DNA of 64,000 nucleotides from an uncultured Patescibacteria group bacterium. GTDB lineage: Bacteria; Patescibacteriota; Microgenomatia; UBA1400; PJMF01. The translations under genes and the position numbers were made by a program. Each line of letters begins with the position of its first letter. Within the stretch, counting starts at the first letter, position 1. The stretch is taken from NCBI GenBank assembly GCA_905478415.1, contig CAJQIG010000002.1, positions 5,573 through 69,572 of the forward strand, written 5' to 3'. The notes under the pieces are model-generated. The model did not search any database and was not told the DNA's origin. It saw only the letters and a program-made list of their open reading frames with translations. Shown here in pieces: positions 1-9,914 of this stretch.

Positions 1-1005
1 TTTGACCTTACATTTGTACCGGCAATCACTGGTCCCGAAGTTGAAAAAGCTGTGGAGGCTCTAGTTCCTGGCCAATTTCTTTTACTAGAAAACCTGCGAT
101 TTGATCCCAGCGAAAAGAAAAACCTGGCTCCGTTTGCAAAATCACTCGCACAACTCGCTGATGTCTATATTAATGATGCCTTTTCAACTGCCCACAGGTC
201 TCACGCTTCAACGACTGGAATTACCGAATATATACCTGCCTATGCCGGATTAGCTCTCCAAAAAGAAGTTGAAACCCTTTCTGAACTGACCGAAAACCCT
301 CAAAAACCCCTAGTTGTGGTACTTGGTGGTGCGAAAATTTCTGATAAAGTTGCAGCCGCAGAGAAACTGCTCACTATTGCTGATATTGTGCTTGTTGGAG
401 GTGCAGTAGCAAACAGTTTCCTCAAGGCAGAAGGACTTGAAATTCATAAATCTTTTATTGAAGATGCTTCAGCTGACCTCAAAAAACAAAATATTAACTA
501 CACTACAGTAGCTCGAGACCTGATGGAAGCCCACCGAACAGAAAAAATGCTTCTTAAAGGCTATATCCCGCTTCCAAAAATAATTTATCCTGTTGATGTT
601 ATCGCTGCGCCGTCACTCGATACCCACAAAAAAACCGATGTACAAATACTCGACCTCACTAAAGATATGGCAGATACTCCGAACGATAAAGATCTTTTAT
701 ACCTAGATATCGGTCCAAAAACCATGCATTTATATGCTGAAATTCTAAAACAAGCTCAAACAGTTTTCTGGAATGGCCCCATGGGGGTCTGGGAAAACCC
801 ACTCTTCGCTGCTGGTTCTACCCTCATTGGCAAAGCAATTGGGAAAGTACCTCACTCAATTATTGGTGGAGGCGATACTATTTCATGTGTACGCCATTTC
901 AAACTCGAGAAAACATACACCTATGTATCTGCAGCGGGCGGAGCTGCTCTCGCTTTTTTAGGTGGAGAACAGCTGCCAGGCTTACTACCACTCACTAAAA
1001 AGTAG
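1..1005 (+). CDS. pgk: Phosphoglycerate kinase (5' end lies outside the window)
   Basis: Motifs LLENLRF, DAFSTAHR, LGGAKISDK, DIGPKT, WNGPMG, GGGDT; frame is open back to base 1. Confidence 0.96.
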   Translation, partial: FDLTFVPAITGPEVEKAVEALVPGQFLLLENLRFDPSEKKNLAPFAKSLAQLADVYINDAFSTAHRSHASTTGITEYIPAYAGLALQKEVETLSELTENPQKPLVVVLGGAKISDKVAAAEKLLTIADIVLVGGAVANSFLKAEGLEIHKSFIEDASADLKKQNINYTTVARDLMEAHRTEKMLLKGYIPLPKIIYPVDVIAAPSLDTHKKTDVQILDLTKDMADTPNDKDLLYLDIGPKTMHLYAEILKQAQTVFWNGPMGVWENPLFAAGSTLIGKAIGKVPHSIIGGGDTISCVRHFKLEKTYTYVSAAGGAALAFLGGEQLPGLLPLTKK

Positions 1006-1106
1006 CTCTCTTCAAGATTGCTCATTGACGACAGTACCAAAAACTATGTATTCTGATGTATAAGCTGTTTTTTGTGCCTTCTTTGGCACTCAGAAAGCCA
1101 ACACAC

Positions 1107-2963
1107 ATGATTAGCGCATCAACAGACACACCAGCCACACCAACAGAAAACCAACCAGTTATGGCAACTACGCCTGTTAATAACGCTCCAACCCCTCCTA
1201 GAGCACCTCAAAAGACTAGTAGTCTTCCTTTGAAAATGATTCTGGGAATTGCATTGTTACTTCTACTTGTTTTAGGAAGTGGCGTTGGACTCTATCTTTC
1301 ACAACAAAGTCAAAATATTCGTCCTCAAGCAGCAATAGCCTGTGGAAACATTACTTGTAAAGATGGCAGAACAGCAGGCTCTGACTGTAGTGCTCCTCAA
1401 TCTAGCTGTGAAAAACGCGCTGAAGAATTCTGTGGAGTTGGAAATGTTCAAAGTACTAGCTCTAACCCTTCTTCGTGTGATGGAGGTAGTTCTTCAAGCT
1501 GTGCATATCCATACTGCGATGCTACTTGCGGTGATACAAGTTGTTCAGTTTCTTGTCAATCAGGAACAAGCTGTACAACTGGTAAAAATACATTCGTTTG
1601 TAGCGGAAAAAGTGGTTCTGGTTGTAATGAAGCAATGGGCAGTTATCTTCCAGCTCTTTCAAATAACTCTGGTAGTGTTGGTACTATTACTGAAGAAAAA
1701 TGGTGTACGACTATTCAACTTGACGCTTGGGCTAAAAATTCAGGCGGCAGTGCACAAGAAACCGCTGCTCGAGTCGTCTATATTGGTGATAATGGAGCTG
1801 TTTGTGTTGAAGGCACTGGCTGTAACCCTGACGACTTAGACTGGGACTGTTCAAAAACTCCTCCTGCTGGAACCTACACTTCTGCTTGTTCCCCTGCTAC
1901 TCAAACAGTTGGTAACTTAAGCTATCAGCTTAAAATCACCGGTACGCAACCTAAAGATGTAGGAGAAGTTGTCTTTTTCCTTGGATTTTATGGTAAATAC
2001 TATAACAAAGAGCTTACAGATGGTTTCTTAGGCAAACCAACTTGGTCAGTGACTTCTTGTCAGGCAAGTGTTGAAGGACCTGATAAATGGTGTGGATACT
2101 GGTTGAAACAAGTAAGTGACCCAAATCGTACTGCTGGTGGAGACACTATTACTTGGACCTGGGATGGATCTTTCAAACAACCAGCTCTTGATAACAAAAC
2201 TATTAATGAAATTGCCACAAAAATTGCAGCCATGAAAGCTGCAGGCACATTAGCCGCAGACTATAAAGTCCCTGTTCACGTCGAGTACCGACTACCCGAT
2301 GGATCTAGATATTCAGAAATGGGCACCCAATTCTTAGATATTTCTCCATACGCTTGTGCTCCTAAACCAAGCCCAACGCCGACACCTACTCCTACGCCAA
2401 CCCCGACCCCTACTCCGACGCCTACCCCTACCCCAACGCCTACACCTACTCCAACCCCAGGAGTGACTCCAACGCCGACGCCGACACCTACCCCGACACC
2501 GACACCAACGCCAACGCCGACACCTACCCCAATTGGCCCAATGTGTATGTCTATCACAATGCAAACACCTGCTGGCCAGCCAGTCAGAACCCCTAATGTC
2601 GGAAATACGGTACAGTTTACATGTGGACAAGTTGCTGGTGTAACTGATTACCAATTCAGAGTCATCACTCCAAGCCTAGCAGCAGTCACTGTCGAATCAT
2701 CTGGAAACATCTCTGTCCCTTATACAATAGAGGAGTTTGGAAGATACTATGCTCAGTGCAGAATCTGTCCAACAACTGGAGATGGAGTCCTCTGCCAAGA
2801 TTGGGAACCAGTTCCGGTAGTGTTCGAAGACACAGTTCAACAGTTGGGTGCTCCTCCAAGATCAGAAGTTATGAGTCGCGAATCAGAAACAATTCAACCG
2901 GTCATTGATGAAATACCAGAGAGAACTCAGTCAGATCGCTCACTAGATGTAATGACAAGATAG
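1107..2963 (+). CDS. Membrane-anchored Cys-rich surface protein with Pro-Thr linker
   Basis: Pro-rich N-terminus, single TM ([21 protein letters not shown]), Cys-rich domain, long (PT)n tract, C-terminal domain; start at 1107 is a judgement (ORF opens at 1056). Confidence 0.8.
   Translation: MISASTDTPATPTENQPVMATTPVNNAPTPPRAPQKTSSLPLKMILGIALLLLLVLGSGVGLYLSQQSQNIRPQAAIACGNITCKDGRTAGSDCSAPQSSCEKRAEEFCGVGNVQSTSSNPSSCDGGSSSSCAYPYCDATCGDTSCSVSCQSGTSCTTGKNTFVCSGKSGSGCNEAMGSYLPALSNNSGSVGTITEEKWCTTIQLDAWAKNSGGSAQETAARVVYIGDNGAVCVEGTGCNPDDLDWDCSKTPPAGTYTSACSPATQTVGNLSYQLKITGTQPKDVGEVVFFLGFYGKYYNKELTDGFLGKPTWSVTSCQASVEGPDKWCGYWLKQVSDPNRTAGGDTITWTWDGSFKQPALDNKTINEIATKIAAMKAAGTLAADYKVPVHVEYRLPDGSRYSEMGTQFLDISPYACAPKPSPTPTPTPTPTPTPTPTPTPTPTPTPTPTPGVTPTPTPTPTPTPTPTPTPTPTPIGPMCMSITMQTPAGQPVRTPNVGNTVQFTCGQVAGVTDYQFRVITPSLAAVTVESSGNISVPYTIEEFGRYYAQCRICPTTGDGVLCQDWEPVPVVFEDTVQQLGAPPRSEVMSRESETIQPVIDEIPERTQSDRSLDVMTR
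2361..2531 (+). repeat. Coding (Pro-Thr)n linker repeat
   Basis: CCN-ACN hexamer repeats encoding PTPTPT; similar tracts at ~3790-3923 and ~5943-6045. Confidence 0.9.
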
Positions 2964-2985
2964 AAACTAACAACATAGTACAAAA

Positions 2986-4503
2986 ATGGAAACACAAAAC
3001 AACCAAACACCAGCATTCTATACAAAAACTCCAAATGAGAATTCTGGAGCAATGAATACTGGTACACCAAACCAGCCTCCTTCAAGAAAACCTATTACTA
3101 GGTCCAAATCGAAGTATGTCATGGCGATACTAGCTGTCTTCCTTTTTGTCATCGTTGGTGCTGCAGGAATTTTAATTTCCCAGCGACAGCGACAAGTTGC
3201 TGGCCCGGTAGCTCCAACAGCTCCAGAGTCAAAACCAAAAGCAGCTCGAGAAATCGAAGAAAGCTGTACGCTTGTCTTTGATGTTCCCGAACCAACTCCA
3301 ACACCAAGCCCAACCCCTACTCCAGTTCCTAGTGATAAAGCTAAATGTATTAGTAAAGAAACATACTACGCTGCTGAAGCTACTTCATCAGCAAGAGTAG
3401 TTGCTGATGCAGCTATGGTCGATCCAAAAGCCCCTCTTCCAGTGGGCACGGTACTTGAATACAGAATTACCGTTCGATCCCAAGGTACTACCACTGGTGA
3501 AGTCAATGTTATTGATACTTTGCCCGATGCAGTTGCATTTATCCCAGATGCAGATGCAAATACTCCAGATTGGATTGTTGATGACGAAGGTCGATTAACA
3601 ACAAACCTTGGAGTTCTAGAAGCAGGCGAACAGGTACTAAAAATAGTTGTCAGAGTAATTAAAGAATCTGCCGGCTTAAGTGGAACAGGTCTCACTTTCA
3701 AAAATCAGGTAGCTGTCACTACAGAACCAAGTACTACAACTGGCCGCGTTCACATGAGTGAGTGTGAAGTCACTAATGTTCTTCCAGAACCAACTCCTAG
3801 CCCAACGCCGACCCCTACTCCAACCCCCACACCGACGCCAACACCAACACCTACCCCTACGCCTGATGTAACTCCTACACCAACGCCAACCCCAACACCA
3901 GGAGTAACACCAACGCCTACGCCAGTCGTGTACTCATGTGGTAGCGTCTGTGAAACTGATGATCAGTGCCAGACTGGTAACGCAAGTCACTTCTGTAGTA
4001 ATGAGTTCGGCAACACTTGCAGACTCTACAGCAATCCATCAGATGCCAATTGTGAACCTGTGGTTGAAACCTATGCTTGTAACAGTACTTGCTCAACTGA
4101 TGAACAATGCTACACAGCCAATCCAAACTATGTCTGTAATGAAGGAGCCTGTCGCTTAGCTGAAAATACAGCTGCCACAAACTGTCTCCCCGTAGCCTAT
4201 GTTCCACCAGCTCCAGCTGTTGGCTGCAATGAAGTTTGTGAAACCAACGCTGACTGTAGCCAGGTTGACCATATCTGCTACACCACGGCTGACGGCACAA
4301 ACCGCTGTAGAACTGAAGAATACGTAAACAGCTCAACCTGTTCTGCTCCTCCTGCAACACAAACTGTCTATACAACTGTTGCTCAAGTACAGCCAGAATT
4401 ACCAGCTGAACTACCAAAGACAGGTGCATTCGACCTAGCTAACTGGCTCAAAGCAGGACTGGTCACACTTGGACTTGGAGCTGCACTCTTACTCTTGTTA
4501 TAA
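2986..4503 (+). CDS. Surface protein: N-terminal TM, DUF11-like Ig domain, PT linker, three Cys-rich repeats, C-terminal LPKTG plus hydrophobic tail
   Basis: LEYRITV...VIDTLP...NQVAV pattern typical of DUF11/OmcB repeats; C-x3-C-x5-C repeats; ends ELPKTG...[14 protein letters not shown]. Confidence 0.8.
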   Translation: METQNNQTPAFYTKTPNENSGAMNTGTPNQPPSRKPITRSKSKYVMAILAVFLFVIVGAAGILISQRQRQVAGPVAPTAPESKPKAAREIEESCTLVFDVPEPTPTPSPTPTPVPSDKAKCISKETYYAAEATSSARVVADAAMVDPKAPLPVGTVLEYRITVRSQGTTTGEVNVIDTLPDAVAFIPDADANTPDWIVDDEGRLTTNLGVLEAGEQVLKIVVRVIKESAGLSGTGLTFKNQVAVTTEPSTTTGRVHMSECEVTNVLPEPTPSPTPTPTPTPTPTPTPTPTPTPDVTPTPTPTPTPGVTPTPTPVVYSCGSVCETDDQCQTGNASHFCSNEFGNTCRLYSNPSDANCEPVVETYACNSTCSTDEQCYTANPNYVCNEGACRLAENTAATNCLPVAYVPPAPAVGCNEVCETNADCSQVDHICYTTADGTNRCRTEEYVNSSTCSAPPATQTVYTTVAQVQPELPAELPKTGAFDLANWLKAGLVTLGLGAALLLLL

Positions 4504-4529
4504 AAATAGTACTTTAGAGAAGTAGAACT

Positions 4530-7040
4530 ATGATCAACGCATCAGGCATCGGAACGAACACGACACCAACTCCTCAGGGAATTCCTCCAATGCCAGGTGT
4601 TAATGGTCCTACACCCCCCTCCTTCAATCTCAACCAAGCTAACATCCCCAAAGAAAAGGCTAAAGCTGAAATAGCCAAGCCCGTTTCACCAGTAGCAGGT
4701 CAGCCGGCAGGTGCTCCAGTAACTGGACCCAAATTTCCAGATGCTGCAAAAGCTCCTATAACCACTTCTAATAATGGTGGTAACTCGCACCGTAAGAGAA
4801 AAGGCTCATTGAAAATTATCATTGGGGCTATTCTTTTATTCATTCTCGTATTAGGTAGTGGCGTCGGGTTATATCTTTCACAACAGAGTCAAGATATCGC
4901 TCCTCAGGCTGCTATTGTTTGTGGAAGTATTACCTGTACTGATGGCCGTAGTGCTGGCTCGGACTGCAGTGCTCCTCAGGCTGACTGTCAGCAACGTGCT
5001 AGAGAATTTTGTGGCAGCGATGAACAAGTCGCAAGTAAAGGTACAAAACCAGAATGGTGTGGCGGTGGTGGTGATACTTGCGCAACTTCAGACTGTCGTG
5101 GAACCTGTAATAACAACCCTTCTTGTAGTTTAACTGGTAACTGCAGTAAATGCAGTGGAACTGAAAAAGGAACTAAAACCTTCTACTGTGAAGGTAAAAG
5201 TGGCTCTGGTTGTAACGATGCTATGGGTAGCTATATGCCAGAATTTTCAAATCAATCTGGAAGTCTTGGTACTATTACTAAGGAAAAATGGTGCACTACT
5301 GTTCAGCTAGACGCTTTTGGCCCCGCTGGAAGTGATGCTCGAGTCGTCTACATCGGTAATAATGGACAAGTCTGTGTCGAAGGTAAATGTGATGACTACA
5401 AGAATGCTGAATTTTGGAACTGTGATCCACCAGCTTCTCCAACTCCTCCAGCTGGAACCTACACTTCTGCTTGTGCTCCTGCTACTCAGACTGTTGGTAA
5501 CTTAAGTTACAACCTTAAGATTACCGGAACTCAACCAGCAGATCTTGGACCTGTAGTTTTCTTCCTCGGATTTTACGGTAAATACTATAATAAAGAATTA
5601 ACTGATGGTTTTCTAGGTAAACCAACCTGGTCTGATACCTGCCAAGCAGGTATTGAAGGCGAAAGTAAATGGTGTGGATATTGGCTAAAACAAGTCAGTG
5701 ATCCAAACCCTGCTGCTGGTGGTGACACTATCTCCTGGACATGGGATGGCACCCATAAACAACCAGCCATTGACAACAAAACCATCAACGAAATTGCCAC
5801 AAAAATTGCAGCTATGAAAGCTGCAGGCACATTAGCCGCAGACTATAAAGTCCCTGTTCATGTCGAGTACCGACTACCTGATGGAACAAAATACAAAGGC
5901 ATGGGTACCCAATTCTTAGATATCACTCCTAGTGCTTGTGCTCCCGAGCCAAGCCCAACACCTAAGGCTGACCCCAGTCCTACGCCACTGGTCACACCAA
6001 CACCTACTCCGACACCAAGTCCAACGCCAACCCCTACCCCAGAGCCTGGTACCGCAGCTTGTGTGTGGAAACGTGCCTACACCAGTTACCGTGGTGACAC
6101 TGATGCGGCCCGATTGACTGTGGCTGACACCATTAATCCCGGAGATGAGTTTTTCTATCGAACTCGAATCACAGCTAGTACAACAGGTGTCATTGGTGCT
6201 GTTTCTCTCTTAGATGTACTACCAACTGGTATCACCTATGTGCCTGACGCACATAACACAACTGGAATTGAGTATAATGAGGCCGACAACTCTATTTCAA
6301 TGAGTTATGACACTCTTACTGACTACAAAGTCGTCAATTTCAAAGTTATGGTTAACGAGGATGTCGCAGATCAGACTACTATTGCTAACACAGCAATAAT
6401 CACCAATAGTAATAAAGCTTTGGAAGTCAGTGAATGTTCGACCGACATACTTATCTCAGATATTCCTCCAGAACCAACATACGAATGTAACTCACCATGT
6501 AGTGATGACTCCCAATGTCAGACAGCAAACGCCGAATACACTTGTAGTGTTGAAGATGGCAATGTCTGCCGACTCGACAGCAATAGAGCAGATGATATGT
6601 GTCAACCAAAGCCACTCACCTATTCTTGTAACTCTAGTTGTGAAACTGACACCGAATGTCAGACAGCGAATGAGAACTACATTTGTCAACCAGACGAGAA
6701 ACTCTGTCGCTTAGTTAGTAATCCGGACGAATCTAACTGTACAAATCCAGTAGCACCTTCCCCATCTCCAGCAATTGGCTGTAATGAAGAATGTTCTACA
6801 AACGCTGACTGTTCAAACAGTAACCACATCTGCTACACGACACCTGAAGGAACTAACCTCTGCAGATTAGAGAGCTACCTCAACAGCTCAAGTTGTACTG
6901 AACCAGTCGTACAAACAATCGTTGTGCAACCAGAGCTTCCACCGGAGCTACCTCAAACTGGCCCAACTAACTGGCTCAACTGGATCAAGACTGGATTCGT
7001 AACTCTGGGAGTTGGAGCAATCTTACTACTACTACTTTAA
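4530..7040 (+). CDS. Surface protein, mosaic of the two upstream paralogs, with C-terminal LPQTG plus hydrophobic tail
   Basis: N-half aligns with the 1107-2963 product (e.g. [17 protein letters not shown]...[14 protein letters not shown]); C-half has the DUF11-like domain, Cys repeats and LPxTG of the 2986-4503 product. Confidence 0.85.
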   Translation: MINASGIGTNTTPTPQGIPPMPGVNGPTPPSFNLNQANIPKEKAKAEIAKPVSPVAGQPAGAPVTGPKFPDAAKAPITTSNNGGNSHRKRKGSLKIIIGAILLFILVLGSGVGLYLSQQSQDIAPQAAIVCGSITCTDGRSAGSDCSAPQADCQQRAREFCGSDEQVASKGTKPEWCGGGGDTCATSDCRGTCNNNPSCSLTGNCSKCSGTEKGTKTFYCEGKSGSGCNDAMGSYMPEFSNQSGSLGTITKEKWCTTVQLDAFGPAGSDARVVYIGNNGQVCVEGKCDDYKNAEFWNCDPPASPTPPAGTYTSACAPATQTVGNLSYNLKITGTQPADLGPVVFFLGFYGKYYNKELTDGFLGKPTWSDTCQAGIEGESKWCGYWLKQVSDPNPAAGGDTISWTWDGTHKQPAIDNKTINEIATKIAAMKAAGTLAADYKVPVHVEYRLPDGTKYKGMGTQFLDITPSACAPEPSPTPKADPSPTPLVTPTPTPTPSPTPTPTPEPGTAACVWKRAYTSYRGDTDAARLTVADTINPGDEFFYRTRITASTTGVIGAVSLLDVLPTGITYVPDAHNTTGIEYNEADNSISMSYDTLTDYKVVNFKVMVNEDVADQTTIANTAIITNSNKALEVSECSTDILISDIPPEPTYECNSPCSDDSQCQTANAEYTCSVEDGNVCRLDSNRADDMCQPKPLTYSCNSSCETDTECQTANENYICQPDEKLCRLVSNPDESNCTNPVAPSPSPAIGCNEECSTNADCSNSNHICYTTPEGTNLCRLESYLNSSSCTEPVVQTIVVQPELPPELPQTGPTNWLNWIKTGFVTLGVGAILLLLL

Positions 7041-7067
7041 ACAGAGTTCACCTATTGAAATAAAGAT

Positions 7068-7094
7068 ATGAGCCAGGTAAGTTGCCTGGCTCAT
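7068..7094. terminator. Hairpin between convergent genes
   Basis: ATGAGCCAGGTAA-G-TTGCCTGGCTCAT inverted repeat; no long U-tract. Confidence 0.6.
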
Positions 7095-7122
7095 TGTAGT
7101 TAAGCAGCTCTAGCTAGGAGCG

Positions 7123-8097
7123 TTAGTTTACCTGATCAACTGACCTGTACACAGCTTCAGAAATCTCTTTGATTGTTTCTCTCAGCTCAACCATATCAGT
7201 TCCTTTGGACATCACACACAAAATATATGGCTTTTCTGGGTAGTAGATAACTCCGCAATCATGTAATTGTTTTTCTTCTATACCAACCTTACTGAGAATT
7301 CCAAATTTATGTGCAATAACAACTCCTTCTGGCAAACCAGCCACAAGACCATCCTTAAAATCTGCTTGGCTTAAGGTAAAAAGCAGATACTCTGAATTTT
7401 GCCTATAAAGGTATGAGGAATTGTACAAAACTCTAAAGAGAGAAGCATATTGTTTGACAGAAACAAAATCTTGAGGAGTTTCTTTGTACGCTAATGGAAT
7501 ACCTAGGTCACGATGCGTTTTAACCAAGTATTTTTCAGGCACGTCAGTTGCAAGCAATCGATAAGCAATGTTGTCAGAAAGAGTTAAAGCCCTCTCGATC
7601 AGTTGCTTTGCCGTATACGACTCACCCACAACCAAATCATCTTCAGGCTTCAAGTTTGACTCTAACTCCTCTGAATACACGATCTTCTTTAGAAGAGTGC
7701 TTGGCTCATTTTCAAAATACTTCATGTAGGCTATTGCAGTGGGGACTTTTAACAGGCTCTGAGGAGCAAACGTAGCTTCCTCATTGTATCCATACCAAGG
7801 ACCATTTGATAAATCACGATAATAAACACTAATCGTTTCTTCTGAGTTAGCTTCCACAACCTTCTCTACCGCTTCACTCATACTCTTCAGACTCGTATAT
7901 CCTTGATTATTTGTCTGCTCACACTCTAAGAGTGGATTTATAAAGGTAAATCCTGCTTCTCTTTTTTCGATGGAAAAATTTTCGTTCACCTTTGGCAGGA
8001 TTTTTGTTTTTTCTATCAGAGGTGATACAAAAATACCTAAAAAAAAGGTGGTTGATGCAGCTGTTACGGTTAGTAACAAAGTTTTTGCTGTAGGCAT
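7123..8097 (-). CDS. Class A beta-lactamase-related serine hydrolase (PBP/beta-lactamase fold), membrane-anchored
   Basis: SxxK (SLLK), SDN, HKFG (KTG-like), HDCGVIY; N-terminal hydrophobic segment. Confidence 0.85.
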   Translation of the reverse strand: MPTAKTLLLTVTAASTTFFLGIFVSPLIEKTKILPKVNENFSIEKREAGFTFINPLLECEQTNNQGYTSLKSMSEAVEKVVEANSEETISVYYRDLSNGPWYGYNEEATFAPQSLLKVPTAIAYMKYFENEPSTLLKKIVYSEELESNLKPEDDLVVGESYTAKQLIERALTLSDNIAYRLLATDVPEKYLVKTHRDLGIPLAYKETPQDFVSVKQYASLFRVLYNSSYLYRQNSEYLLFTLSQADFKDGLVAGLPEGVVIAHKFGILSKVGIEEKQLHDCGVIYYPEKPYILCVMSKGTDMVELRETIKEISEAVYRSVDQVN

Positions 8098-8397
8098 GTG
8101 TTTGAATAAAAAAAGTGAGTAGTACAAAAACTACTTAGTATTAAAATAACTACTGAGATTTTATCCCACATATCAGTTAATTGATATCAGAAAAAATAAA
8201 TTGCTCTGTTTGACTGTAAGTTAAAAGTTCACTACTTATGAATAAGTTAACTCCCTAAATAATGTAAAAAACAACTTCATTAGTCATAATAATTTAAATT
8301 ATTGGATAATTCATGATATAATTTCTGCTAGTCACTAAGGATATGCCGTGTTGCGGCCTGTTGCTTAGTTGCTCTTTATCAATTCATTCGTTCAAAA

Positions 8398-9729
8398 ATG
8401 GAGAAGCTCATGCCATTATCGATACAAAGTATTCATCAAAAATTTCAGGCATTACAATCAGGGAGAGTTCAATCTCCCCAATATATTCTCTTTCCTGCTG
8501 CAACCCTAAAAATAACTCTCAATTCTGAGTGTACGATTGCTTGTGATGGATGTTTTCATCAATCAAGCAATGAACCATTTAAAAGGTTCTTAGAAACTCG
8601 AAAACTGAGTGTTGAGCAAATGAAAGAACTTATCCTGGAAGCTCAAGTTGAATTTGGAGTTCCTCTAGTTGAATTTTCAGGAGGCGAACCGACCCTAGAC
8701 CGGAAAGCACTGTTAGAACTTATTGCTTTCTGTACTGGGCTTGGAATTAAAACCCGCCTGATTACCAACGGATCTCTAGTTGGAGGTGAAGGAACATACA
8801 AAGAAAGTTTGCGCCCCTATCTCTCACCAGATTTAAAAAATCTGTCTGGCATTCAATATGCCCAAGAATTAAAATTAGCTAGACTAACTTCTGTAATTGT
8901 AAGTATAGATGTCATGCATACCTCTTCGCAGGAAGAACATGCGCTCAGCACATTGCAGCTGCATAACAAAGTGCCTGTCACCATTGTAGGTTTAGCAATT
9001 CGGAATCTCATGTCTGTTGGTTTTGGATTTGAACCAGAAGAAAATGCGGGTAGAGCTAATAAAACACTCCGCATTGGCGTCACAGCTGCAGGAGATGATT
9101 ACAAGCCCTCCTTTGAGCTGGTCAAAACAGCTCTTGGACTTGCAGCGTCAGACTGGGAAGATTTACTCCCTGTTGCTGATGCCAAAACGTACCGTGTTGT
9201 TCAAAGGAAAAGTGGTCAGAGAGTTTACATCCACAGAAATCAAACTGCAGATATTGGATTCGGAAAAACGCTTCCAATAAATCGACTGAGAGGACCACTG
9301 GGAGAAACTGTCTATGACAGAATGTGTTACCACTTTGCAGGGCCCATCGGTAGCGACGGTGGCCCAAATGGTGAACTTTTTGTTGATAATACGGGATATG
9401 TGTATACCTGCCCCATGGGTTCCTACAGGATCGGAAGTGTCCATACACATACGCTTGCAGGAATTGTTGGCTATGTAAATGCTGGCACACCACCCAAAGA
9501 ATACGAAGTTGGAGTTGGTATGTTTCGAATGCTCAAGATGATTGGGTACTTAACCGAGTACTCCAATTCAATGGGCCTGGCATACCAAATTCTGGTGCAC
9601 ATGGATCCCTCGCTTGTGGAAGAAATTGAAAGCCAACGCTCCCACTCGGGGGCCTGTCATACCCTTGGACACAGCAAAAAGTACTTGGATATGCTGACCC
9701 ACTTTTTTGAGAATGAATTGATAGAATAA
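8398..9729 (+). CDS. Radical SAM protein with a possible C-terminal SPASM/twitch-like region
   Basis: CxxxCxxC (CTIACDGC), FSGGEPTL, ITNG, VSID; later FVDNTGYVYTCP. Confidence 0.88.
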   Translation: MEKLMPLSIQSIHQKFQALQSGRVQSPQYILFPAATLKITLNSECTIACDGCFHQSSNEPFKRFLETRKLSVEQMKELILEAQVEFGVPLVEFSGGEPTLDRKALLELIAFCTGLGIKTRLITNGSLVGGEGTYKESLRPYLSPDLKNLSGIQYAQELKLARLTSVIVSIDVMHTSSQEEHALSTLQLHNKVPVTIVGLAIRNLMSVGFGFEPEENAGRANKTLRIGVTAAGDDYKPSFELVKTALGLAASDWEDLLPVADAKTYRVVQRKSGQRVYIHRNQTADIGFGKTLPINRLRGPLGETVYDRMCYHFAGPIGSDGGPNGELFVDNTGYVYTCPMGSYRIGSVHTHTLAGIVGYVNAGTPPKEYEVGVGMFRMLKMIGYLTEYSNSMGLAYQILVHMDPSLVEEIESQRSHSGACHTLGHSKKYLDMLTHFFENELIE

Positions 9730-9734
9730 CTAAT

Positions 9735-9760
9735 AAACCCGCCAAATCGGCGGGTTTTTT
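9735..9760 (+). terminator. Rho-independent terminator
   Basis: AAACCCGCC-AAATC-GGCGGGTTT followed by a T-run, between the radical SAM gene and the convergent tRNA. Confidence 0.85.
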
Positions 9761-9766
9761 ACAGTG

Positions 9767-9839
9767 TGAGCCGAGAGGGACTTGAACCCCCGACCAGTAA
9801 GGTATAAGCTTACCGCTCTACCAGCTGAGCTATCGGCTC
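9767..9839 (-). tRNA. tRNA-Ile (anticodon UAU), CCA not encoded
   Basis: Minus strand folds as GAGCCGA-TA-GCTC AGCTGGTA GAGC-G-GTAAG CT[TAT]AC CTTAC-TGGTC-GGGGG TTCAAGT CCCTC-TCGGCTC-A; 73 nt, discriminator A. Confidence 0.93.
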
Positions 9840-9914
9840 ACTCGCAGGTTGAACCATCATTATATACCAAGTGTTTATTTCTGGCGAAAGTAATCCGTGG
9901 TATACTACCCTGGT

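Noticed and set aside
2276-2654. Antisense ORFs with (GV)n or Arg/Cys-rich repeats
   Set aside because: Shadows of the Pro-Thr linker on the coding strand
8343-8528. Cys-containing 61-aa ORF as a RiPP precursor for the radical SAM enzyme
   Set aside because: Overlaps the radical SAM gene by ~130 nt in another frame, the SD-like site is only 1 nt from the ATG, and no transporter or peptidase is linked
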